From Lytechinus pictus (taxonomy: Eukaryota): a stretch of 64,000 nucleotides of DNA. The notes beneath the pieces are model-generated. The model saw nothing but the letters and a program-made list of their open reading frames with translations, was not told the DNA's origin and made no database searches. The stretch covers positions 18,230,001 through 18,294,000 of the forward strand of contig NC_087250.1 in the NCBI RefSeq assembly GCF_037042905.1. Direction: 5' to 3'. Made by a program: the position numbers and the translations under genes. Shown here in pieces: positions 40,401-51,947 of the stretch (position 1 is its first letter; every line of letters begins with the position of its first letter).

Positions 40401-43400
40401 GGTTAAAGAGAAGATTTATATCATTATAAACGATGTAAGAGAGTAGCGCAGTGAGCTCCGTCGGTAATACGACCTTTCAAAGTTCACGGCGGCTTCCGCT
40501 ATCACCACGAGGTTGAAAATAAAATGAATATCATCATAAACGATGTAAGAGAGTAACGCAATAAGCTCCGTCAGTAGCACGATCTTTAAAAGTTCACGGC
40601 GGGGTCCGCTATCACCACGAGGTTGAAAATAAAATGAAAAATCATCATAAACGATGTAAGAGAGTAACGCAATGAGCTCCGTCAATAGTACGACCTTTCA
40701 AAGTTCACGGCGGCATCCGCTATCACCACGAGGTTGAAAATAAAATGTATATCATCATAAACGATGTAAGAGAGTAACGCAATAAGCTCCGTCAATAGTA
40801 CAGTCTTTAAAAGTTTCTGGCGGGGTCCGCTATCACCACGAGGTTGAAGAGAAGATTTATATCATTATAAACGATGTAAGAGAGTAGCGCAGTAAGCTCC
40901 GTCGGTAATACGACCTTTCAAAGTTCACGGCGGCTTCCGCTATCACCACGAGGTTGAAAATAAAATGAATGTCATCATAAATGATGTAAGAGAGTAACGC
41001 AATAAGCTCCGTCAATAGTACAGTTTTTAAAATTTTCTGGCGGGGTCCGCTATCACCACGAGGTTAAAGAGAAGATTTATATCATTATAAACGATGTAAG
41101 AGAGTAGCGCAGTGAGCTCCGTCGGTAATACGACCTTTCAAAGTTCACGGCGGCTTCCGCTATCACCACGAGGTTGAAAATAAAATGAATATCATCATAA
41201 ACGATGTAAGAGAGTAACGCAATAAGCTCCGTCAATAGTACAGTCTTTAAAAGTTTCTGGCGGGGTCCGCTATCACCACGAGGTTGAAAATAAAATGTAT
41301 ATCATCATAAACGATGTAAGAGAGTAACGCAATAAGCTCCGTCAGTAGCACGATCTTTAAAAGTTCACGGCGGCATCCGCTATCACCACGAGGTTGAAAA
41401 TAAAATGTATATCATCATAAACGATGTAAGAGAGTAACGCAATAAGCTCCGTCAATAGTACAGTCTTTAAAAGTTTCTGGCGGGGTCCGCTATCACCACG
41501 AGGTTGAAGAGAAGATTTATATCATTATAAACGATGTAAGAGAGTAGCGCAGTGAGCTCCGTCGGTAATACGACCTTTCAAAGTTCACGGCGGCTTCCGC
41601 TATCACCACGAGGTTGAAAATAAAATGAATATCATCATAAACGATGTAAGAGAGTAACGCAATAAGCTCCGTCAGTAGCACGATCTTTAAAAGTTCACGG
41701 CGGGGTCCGCTATCACCACGAGGTTGAAAATAAAATGTAAATCATCATAAACGATGTAAGAGAGTAACGCAATGAGCTCCGTCAATAGTACGACCTTTCA
41801 AAGTTCATGGCGGCATCCGCTATCACCACGAGGTTGAAAATAAAATGTATATCATCATAAACGATGTAAGAGAGTAACGCAATAAGCTCCGTCAGTAGCA
41901 CGATCTTTAAAAGTTCACGGCGGGGTCCGCTATCACCACGAGGTTGAAAATAAAATGTAAATCATCATAAACGATGAAAGAGAGTAACGCAATGAGCTCC
42001 GTCAATAGTACAGTCTTTAAAAGTTTCTGGCGGGGTCCGCTATCACCACGAGGTTGAAGAGAAGATTTATATCATTATAAACGATGTAAGAGAGTAGCGC
42101 AGTGAGCTCCGTCGGTAATACGACCTTTCAAAGTTCACGGCGGCTTCCGCTATCACCACGAGGTTGAAAATAAAATGAATATCATCATAAACGATGTAAG
42201 AGAGTAACGCAATAAGCTCCGTCAGTAGCACGATCTTTAAAAGTTCACGGCGGGGTCCGCTATCACCACGAGGTTGAAAATAAAATGTAAATCATCATAA
42301 ACGATGTAAGAGAGTAACGCAATGAGCTCCGTCAATAGTACGACCTTTCAAAGTTCACGGCGGCATCCGCTATCACCACGAGGTTGAAAATAAAATGTAT
42401 ATCATTATAAACGATGTAAGAGAGTAACGCAATAAGCTCCGTCAGTAGCACGATCTTTAAAAGTTCACGGCGGGGTCCGCTATCACCACGAGGTTGAAAA
42501 TAAAATGAAAAATCATCATAAACGATGTAAGAGAGTAACGCAATGAGCTCCGTCAATAGTACGACCTTTCAAAGTTCACGGCGGCATCCGCTATCACCAC
42601 GAGGTTGAAAATAAAATGTATATCATCATAAACGATGTAAGAGAGTAACGCAATAAGCTCCGTCAATAGTACAGTCTTTAAAAGTTCACGGCGGGGTCCG
42701 CTATCACCACGAGGTTGAAGAGAAGATTTATATCATTATAAACGATGTAAGAGAGTAGCGCAGTGAGCTCCGTCGGTAATACGACCTTTCAAAGTTCACG
42801 GCGGCTTCCGCTATCACCACGAGGTTGAAAATAAAATGAATGTCATCATAAATGATGTAAGAGAGTAACGCAATAAGCTCCGTCAATAGTACAGTTTTTA
42901 AAATTTTCTGGCGGGGTCCGCTATCACCACGAGGTTGAAGAGAAGATTTATATCATTATAAACGATGTAAGAGAGTAGCGCAGTGAGCTCCGTCGGTAAT
43001 ACGACCTTTCAAAGTTCACGGCGGCTTCCGCTATCACCACGAGGTTGAAAATAAAATGAATATCATCATAAACGATGTAAGAGAGTAACGCAATAAGCTC
43101 CGTCAATAGTACAGTCTTTAAAAGTTTCTGGCGGGGTCCGCTATCACCACGAGGTTGAAAATAAAATGTATATCATCATAAACGATGTAAGAGAGTAACG
43201 CAATAAGCTCCGTCAGTAGCACGATCTTTAAAAGTTCACGGCGGCATCCGCTATCACCACGAGGTTGAAAATAAAATGTATATCATCATAAACGATGTAA
43301 GAGAGTAACGCAATAAGCTCCGTCAATAGTACAGTCTTTAAAAGTTTCTGGCGGGGTCCGCTATCACCACGAGGTTGAAGAGAAGATTTATATCATTATA

Positions 43401-46400
43401 AACGATGTAAGAGAGTAGCGCAGTGAGCTCCGTCGGTAATACGACCTTTCAAAGTTCACGGCGGCTTCCGCTATCACCACGAGGTTGAAAATAAAATGAA
43501 TATCATCATAAACGATGTAAGAGAGTAACGCAATAAGCTCCGTCAGTAGCACGATCTTTAAAAGTTCACGGCGGGGTCCGCTATCACCACGAGGTTGAAA
43601 ATAAAATGTAAATCATCATAAACGATGTAAGAGAGTAACGCAATGAGCTCCGTCAATAGTACGACCTTTCAAAGTTCATGGCGGCATCCGCTATCACCAC
43701 GAGGTTGAAAATAAAATGTATATCATCATAAACGATGTAAGAGAGTAACGCAATAAGCTCCGTCAGTAGCACGATCTTTAAAAGTTCACGGCGGGGTCCG
43801 CTATCACCACGAGGTTGAAAATAAAATGTAAATCATCATAAACGATGAAAGAGAGTAACGCAATGAGCTCCGTCAATAGTACAGTCTTTAAAAGTTTCTG
43901 GCGGGGTCCGCTATCACCACGAGGTTGAAGAGAAGATTTATATCATTATAAACGATGTAAGAGAGTAGCGCAGTGAGCTCCGTCGGTAATACGACCTTTC
44001 AAAGTTCACGGCGGCTTCCGCTATCACCACGAGGTTGAAAATAAAATGAATATCATCATAAACGATGTAAGAGAGTAACGCAATAAGCTCCGTCAGTAGC
44101 ACGATCTTTAAAAGTTCACGGCGGGGTCCGCTATCACCACGAGGTTGAAAATAAAATGTAAATCATCATAAACGATGTAAGAGAGTAACGCAATGAGCTC
44201 CGTCAATAGTACGACCTTTCAAAGTTCACGGCGGCATCCGCTATCACCACGAGGTTGAAAATAAAATGTATATCATTATAAACGATGTAAGAGAGTAACG
44301 CAATAAGCTCCGTCAGTAGCACGATCTTTAAAAGTTCACGGCGGGGTCCGCTATCACCACGAGGTTGAAAATAAAATGAAAAATCATCATAAACGATGTA
44401 AGAGAGTAACGCAATAAGCTCCGTCAATAGTACGATCTTTAAAAGTTCACGGCGGGGTCCGCTATCACCACGAGGTTGAAAATAAAATGTAAATCATCAT
44501 AAACGATGTAAGAGAGTAACGCAATGAGCTCCGTCAATAGTACGACCTTTCAAAGTTCACGGCGGCATCCGCTATCACCACGAGGTTGAAAATAAAATGT
44601 ATATCATTATAAACGATGTAAGAGAGTAACGCAATAAGCTCCGTCAGTAGCACGATCTTTAAAAGTTCACGGCGGGGTCCGCTATCACCACGAGGTTGAA
44701 AATAAAATGTAAATCATCATAAACGATGTAAGAGAGTAACGCAATGAGCTCCGTCAATAGTACGACCTTTCAAAGTTCACGGCGGCATCCGCTATCACCA
44801 CGAGGTTGAAAATAAAATGTATATCATTATAAACGATGTAAGAGAGTAACGCAATAAGCTCCGTCAGTAGCACGATCTTTAAAAGTTCACGGCGGGGTCC
44901 GCTATCACCACGAGGTTGAAAATAAAATGAAAAATCATCATAAACGATGTAAGAGAGTAACGCAATGAGCTCCGTCAATAGTACGACCTTTCAAAGTTCA
45001 CGGCGGCATCCGCTATCACCACGAGGTTGAAAATAAAATGTATATCATCATAAACGATGTAAGAGAGTAACGCAATAAGCTCCGTCAATAGTACAGTCTT
45101 TAAAAGTTCACGGCGGGGTCCGCTATCACCACGAGGTTGAAGAGAAGATTTATATCATTATAAACGATGTAAGAGAGTAGCGCAGTGAGCTCCGTCGGTA
45201 ATACGACCTTTCAAAGTTCACGGCGGCTTCCGCTATCACCACGAGGTTGAAAATAAAATGAATGTCATCATAAATGATGTAAGAGAGTAACGCAATAAGC
45301 TCCGTCAATAGTACAGTTTTTAAAATTTTCTGGCGGGGTCCGCTATCACCACGAGGTTGAAGAGAAGATTTATATCATTATAAACGATGTAAGAGAGTAG
45401 CGCAGTGAGCTCCGTCGGTAATACGACCTTTCAAAGTTCACGGCGGCTTCCGCTATCACCACGAGGTTGAAAATAAAATGAATATCATCATAAACGATGT
45501 AAGAGAGTAACGCAATAAGCTCCGTCAATAGTACAGTCTTTAAAAGTTTCCGGCGGGGTCCGCTATCACCACGAGGTTGAAAATAAAATGTATATCATCA
45601 TAAACGATGTAAGAGAGTAACGCAATAAGCTCCGTCAGTAGCACGATCTTTAAAAGTTCACGGCGGCATCCGCTATCACCACGAGGTTGAAAATAAAATG
45701 TATATCATCATAAACGATGTAAGAGAGTAACGCAATAAGCTCCGTCAATAGTACAGTCTTTAAAAGTTTCTGGCGGGGTCCGCTATCACCACGAGGTTGA
45801 AGAGAAGATTTATATCATTATAAACGATGTAAGAGAGTAGCGCAGTGAGCCCCGTCGGTAATACGACCTTTCAAAGTTCACGGCGACTTCCGCTATCACC
45901 ACGAGGTTGAAAATAAAATGAATATCATCATAAACGATGTAAGAGAGTAACGCAATAAGCTCCGTCAGTAGCACGATCTTTAAAAGTTCACGGCGGGGTC
46001 CGCTATCACCACGAGGTTGAAAATAAAATGTAAATCATCATAAACGATGTAAGAGAGTAACGCAATGAGCTCCGTCAATTGTACGACCTTTCAAAGTTTA
46101 TGGCGGCATCCGCTATCACCACGAGGTTGAAAATAAAATGTATATCATCATAATCGATGTAAGAGAGTAACGCAATAAGCTCCGTCAGTAGCACGATCTT
46201 TAAAAGTTCACGGCGGGGTCCGCTATCACCACGAGGTTGAAAATAAAATGTAAATCATCATAAACGATGAAAGAGAGTAACGCAATGAGCTCCGTCAATA
46301 GTACAGTCTTTAAAAGTTTCTGGCGGGGTCCGCTATCACCACGAGGTTGAAGAGAAGATTTATATCATTATAAACGATGTAAGAGAGTAGCGCAGTGAGC

Positions 46401-47798
46401 TCCGTCGGTAATACGACCTTTCAAAGTTCACGGCGGCTTCCGCTATCACCACGAGGTTGAAAATAAAATGAATATCATCATAAACGATGTAAGAGAGTAA
46501 CGCAATAAGCTCCGTCAGTAGCACGATCTTTAAAAGTTCACGGCGGGTTCCGCTATCACCACGAGGTTGAAAATAAAATGTAAATCATCATAAACGATGT
46601 AAGAGAGTAACGCAATGAGCTCCGTCAATAGTACGACCTTTCAAAGTTCACGGCGGGGTCCGCTATCACCACGAGGTTGAAAATAAAATGAAAAATCATC
46701 ATAAACGATGTAAGAGAGTAACGCAATGAGCTCCGTCAATAGTACGACCTTTCAAAGTTCACGGCGGCATCCGCTATCACCACGAGGTTGAAAATAAAAT
46801 GTATATCATTATAAACGATGTAAGAGAGTAACGCAATAAGCTCCGTCAGTAGCACGATCTTTAAAAGTTCACGGCGGGGTCCGCTATCACCACGAGGTTG
46901 AAAATAAAATGAAAAATCATCATAAACGATGTAAGAGAGTAACGCAATGAGCTCCGTCAATAGTACGACCTTTCAAAGTTCACGGCGGCATCCGCTATCA
47001 CCACGAGGTTGAAAATAAAATGTATATCATCATAAACGATGTAAGAGAGTAACGCAATAAGCTCCGTCAATAGTACAGTCTTTAAAAGTTCACGGCGGGG
47101 TCCGCTATCACCACGAGGTTGAAGAGAAGATTTATATCATTATAAACGATGTAAGAGAGTAGCGCAGTGAGCTCCGTCGGTAATACGACCTTTCAAAGTT
47201 CACGGCGGCTTCCGCTATCACCACGAGGTTGAAAATAAAATGAATGTCATCATAAATGATGTAAGAGAGTAACGCAATAAGCTCCGTCAATAGTACAGTT
47301 TTTAAAAGTTTCTGGCGGGGTCCGCTATCACCACGAGGTTGAAGAGAAGATTTATATCATTATAAACGATGTAAGAGAGTAGCGCAGTGAGCTCCGTCGG
47401 TAATACGACCTTTCAAAGTTCACGGCGGCTTCCGCTATCACCACGAGGTTGAAAATAAAATGAATATCATCATAAACGATGTAAGAGAGCAACGCAATAA
47501 GCTCCGTCAATAGTACAGTCTTTAAAAGTTAATGGCGGGGTCCGCTATCACCACGAGGTTGAAGAGAAGATTTATATCATTATAAAGGGGGTAAGAGAGT
47601 AGCGCAGTGAGCTCCGTCGGTAATACGACCTTTCAAAGTTCACGACGGCATCCGCTATCACCACGAGGTTGAAAATAAAATGTATATAATCATAAACGAT
47701 GTAAGAGAGTAACGCAGTGTGCTCCGTCGGTAATACGACCTTTCAAAGTTCACGGCGGCATCCGCTATCACCATGAGTTGGAAGAGAAGATATCTATC
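22414..47798 (+). repeat. Satellite array, 110-bp monomer (some 111 bp), ~230 copies, head-to-tail with higher-order organisation
   Basis: Near-invariant blocks ccgctatcaccacgaggtt, taagagagta and gctccgtc recur every 110 bp. A few discrete variant types are arranged in a basic 4-mer (440 bp, e.g. 22501 vs 22941). Confidence 0.99.
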
Positions 47799-48044
47799 CC
47801 CTTAAACATTGCCATAGATAATACCGCGACTTTCTCCCTGAATAATGCGACCTCTAAATAGCTAGCACCTCAAAAACAATCTTGAAATATGTTCTGAGCG
47901 ATCACGCACTGTAACCAGATCTACGCCGATTTTTTATTTTCGATTTTTTCCTTCAAGGGGCATGATCGAAGATCGGCAAGTGATTGCCGATTGTGGTGAA
48001 ATCGAATGGAATCGGTTGCCGATTGCAAAATCGGTTACAAGCTG

Positions 48045-48720
48045 GGGGGAGCAGGACGCGCGTAAACTTTCTCATAAAAATCTTGAAAAAGCGGAGCGAC
48101 CAAGCTTGTCATTTGAGCTTGGTCGCGTCGCTGTCTCGCTTTCAAGATTTTTTTGAGAAACTTTACGCGCGTCCTAGCTGCTCCCCCCCCCCCCCCTGGT
48201 AAAAATTCTGTGTAAGGCCATGATGATAATGTGATAAAAATAATGAAAATGAAAAGTACATATAAATCAATGTGCCATATGCTCTTTTGAGCATGGCCGT
48301 TCACGGAATTTCTTTCGCAAGGTGGGGGCAGACACGCGTAAACGTTCTCAAGTTGAAAGCGAGACAGCGAAGCGACCAAGCTTGTCATTTGGGCTTGGTC
48401 CCGTGGCTGTCTCGCTTTCAAGATTTTTTTGAGAAAGTTTACGCGCGCCATGCTCCGGCCCCGGCCCCCCTGGAAAAAATTCTGCGTAAGGCCATGTTGA
48501 TAATGAGATAAAAATAATGAAAATGAAAGTATACATAAATCAATGTGCCAGGCTCTTTAGAGCATGGCCGTATGCAGAATTTCTTTCGGAGGAGGGGGGG
48601 GGGAAGCAGACGCGTAAATGTTCTAAAGTTGAAAGCGACACAGCGAAGCGACACAGCGAAGCGACCAAGCTTGTCATTTGGGTACTTTTTGGAGTTTTAA
48701 AAGTGAAATACGAAGGCTTT
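48045..48720. repeat. Three ~275-290 bp units built around hairpins with core gcgaccaagcttgtcatttg
   Basis: The core is at ~48097, ~48372 and ~48661. ggacgcgcgtaaactttctca...tgagaaactttacgcgcgtcc forms a stem at 48054-48174. Confidence 0.8.
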
Positions 48721-50461
48721 CGTGCACACTTTTGGTGAATTTTGTGATAATTTTCAATAGAAAAATAAGTTTTTAAAAATTTAGGGGTCATCATGCCCCC
48801 GTATTGTCGTTGCGAGCATTTTGGGGCCAGGGTGAAATCGCCCCAAACGCCTCAAACAGACACTCCAAAATATATTTGAAGTGCATTATTAGAACTGAAA
48901 CTTATCTCTACACCAGGAAAAATTAACTTAACAAAAAAAGCAACAAGAAATATTTATAAAAAGTAGAAGGCCTGTACAAGTACACTGATATTTCACTCTC
49001 TCAGCTCATATGCACTTGATCGACTTCCATCGAGGATTCGGGCTAAATTCCGCCAGCCACTTCCGGGGACCAACCAACGTAGTATTTCGATGAAGAGCAC
49101 TCCGTCGATTCACCGGTTGTCCCTACGATACACGCGCGCCTATGGGGATTGTGAACTGAAGGAGAAATCGTATAAAATTACACTTTTTGATATTTCTACG
49201 AAGACGAATGTATATAGAAAATGAAGAATATTACAATCAGACCATATCCCTAGAAAATTGCTTCAAGAAATGTCATTATGAAGAGGAAATGGACAAAAAT
49301 TTGTGAAGAAAAATCACGAAAAAGGAAATCGCATCATGATTATTCATATCATGGGTGGTCCCACATTTGCATGTTATAGCGAGTTTTCCATTATTTAATA
49401 AATAATGGCATTATTTAATAAATAATGGTTATTTGTATATAAATAATGATTATTTGTATATAATGGCAAACTGTAAAAATTGTTTATAAATAATGATTAT
49501 TTATAAATAATGGGATATAGAAACTAAATTATTATTTATAAATAATGAAGTAGATATTTCATTATTTAACAAATAATCTTTATTTATAAATAATGGAAAA
49601 CTCGAACATTAAATAATGATTATTTATAAATAATGAGAATAATGGTGCACTCGAAAAAATTATTTATAAATAATGAAGTAGACGTTTTCATTATTTAACA
49701 AATAATCATTATTTATAAATAATGGAAAACTCAACAAATTATTTATAAGTAAAGAAATGTGCACTGGCATTGATAATAAATAATTATTATTTATAAATAA
49801 TAGAAAACTTATTTATAAATAACGGAAAAACGAATTGCAATTATTTATAAATAATGAAGTATGTAGTGTCATTATTTATAAATAATATAAAAACAAATAA
49901 TCATTATTTATAAATAATGAAAAACAAATAATCATTATTTATAAATAATGAAAAACAAATAATCATTATTTATAAATAATGAAAAACAAATAATCATTAT
50001 TTATAAATAATGAAAAACAAATAATCATTATCTATAAATAATGAAAAACAAATAATCATTATTTGTAAATAATGAAAAACAAATAATCATTATTTATAAA
50101 TAATGAAAAACAAATAATCATTATTTATAAATAATAAAAAACAAATAATCATTATTTGTAAATAATGAAAAACAAATAATCATTATTAATAAATAATGAA
50201 AAACAAATAATCATTATTTATAAATAATGAAAAACAAATAATCATTATTTATAAATAATGGAAGGTCGAACTATTATTATTTACAAATAATGAAGTATTA
50301 CTTGGAATTATATATAAATAATTAGAAATTATATTTTATATACTAGTAGTTATTTACAAATAAAATGTAATTTATATATAAATAATAGTTATTATTGAAT
50401 AAATAATGATTATATAACAAATAATTGTTCTATATAATATTGGTACATTCGGCGCCTCATA
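48479..50461 (-). repeat. Right TIR (1,983 bp, uninterrupted), with ~12 copies of the 31-bp minisatellite
   Basis: Reverse complement of 13221-13805 joined to 20714-21875. Confidence 0.95.
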
Positions 50462-50467
50462 CTCGGC

Positions 50468-51947
50468 TATGAAACTAGAAATGAGAGCAACCTTGATATT
50501 TCTACAGGCCTCGTTCATAACTGGCCCGCGACAAAATTATTACTAAAAATTAGTATCTTAAAACTGATTATTTGGCACTATAACATGTATATATAATTTA
50601 TTTAATATATTAAAAAAATAGTTAAAATAAATTAACCTATACCTTAAAAGATTATTCCTTTAAAGTCATAAAATCTGATATATTACTCATACATATAAAT
50701 TTATTTACAAAAGTTACGTTTTTTAATCTTCATGTTTGTCAATGTGAGTCTCCATCGACATTTTAAACTTTTCAAAACTGAATTTGAGACGAACTTTTGA
50801 AACACGTTTTGAAGTTAATCGCAGTTCTGTGTTTTGTAGACCCGTAATCGATTAATAAGATTTTAGAAGCAAGCATTTTTCCCCCCATTTTATTCCACAT
50901 CAGAATCATAAATTTACAAATATTATTGATCAATTGAAGTTCCATGGTAAGACTGATATGAAAGTACAATAAAAAATAATATTGAGAGTAAATATACTAA
51001 TAAATATTATCTATTCCATCCTATTGGCGACTTAATTATTGTGGACGTTCGAACAGGTGTCGTGAAGTTCGCTTTAAAGATAAATTCCAGGTCTGGTAAC
51101 GATCTCAAAATGACTTTTTACATTATCTAATATAATGACCACCCAAGTGTCTGCTTGTATGAATAAAAAAATATGTGCCAAAGGATTCTGGAAGAAATTG
51201 TGTAATTGCTGAGAAATAAGCAAAATAAGCGCGGATTCGGTCACTTCCGTCGGGTCTTTATTCCAGCAATAATAATACACTGTCCCACGTGTGCCTATCT
51301 GTGTTGGTGATCTTCAGTGTGAACATTTTTCAGCGTAGATTTCAAGATTTCACAAAGTTCAGTTCATGTAACTGTACCAGATCTAGATCCTCGATGATAT
51401 ACTGACAATTACGCCTGGTTTTACAGACTTTCTCATGAAATCAGTGTTTACTGCAACTACTGGCATTTCTCTTTAATAAGAGGGGGAAAATAGAAAAAAT
51501 ATTGGTGAATTTTTTGTGAAGAAATCTTTCCAAGAAAGAGAGTTATAATGAATTTCTGAAGCTTTTGATTTGTGACGTCATGCACCATCCCCATATAATA
51601 TGAGTAATCTCCCCATACAAATTTGCAGTGCTAACTGTCTTAATACATTTAAAGTTATGTTTAAAGGTCAAGTCCACCTCAGTTAAGTGTAGATAAGAAT
51701 CAATGGAAAAACCAGACAAAGCAAAATGCTGAAATTTGTGGAGGACACTCCAACCCGGTTTTGAATCGATTACTTTATGATGGGAGAATATAAAAAGAAG
51801 AATAAAAGAGCTTTCAATTTGCCATGGGGTAAGAAGGGCCAAGGAAAGACGAAGTCGATTGCAAAGATTGCAACACTTCTCAATTCAGCATTAACACGAT
51901 TTGTCTAACGACTGGTGAACCTTTCATACGCGCTAAACCATCGCCAA
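50468..51947 (+). repeat. Host tandem repeat copy 1, 3' part
   Basis: Collinear with 54856-56440. Confidence 0.92.
51078..51472. mobile_element. Kolobok-like MITE with TTAA TSD
   Basis: ttaa|agataaattccag ... ctggcatttctct|ttaa. The empty site gaagttcgctttaataagaggggg is at ~12871 and ~54507. Confidence 0.85.

Larger units (their letters stand above)
13221..50461. mobile_element. Giant (37,241 bp) non-autonomous foldback-type DNA transposon with IS3EU-like ends, carrying a satellite array
   Basis: gtcggc|tatgaggcgccgaatgtaccaatattatatagaacaattatttgttatataatcattattt ... exact reverse complement ending ggcgcctcata|ctcggc. The empty site agcagtcggctaggaaactag is at ~54846-54866. TAY..RTA ends with a 6-bp TSD are the described IS3EU signature. 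No transposase is seen. Confidence 0.88.

Noticed and set aside
24155..46960. Dozens of near-identical minus-strand ORFs (MTELIALLSYIV...)
   Set aside because: By-products of the 110/111-bp satellite. They open only where a +1 monomer shifts frame, start at TTG and resemble no protein family I recognise.
22414..47798. CRISPR-like array (constant blocks with variable spacers)
   Set aside because: The variable parts are a few recurring alleles of one sequence rather than unique spacers. There are no cas genes and the context is eukaryotic.
13221..50461. Polinton/Maverick (large size, long TIRs, 6-bp TSD)
   Set aside because: The ends are TATG...CATA rather than AG-type, and there is no polymerase B, integrase or capsid coding sequence.
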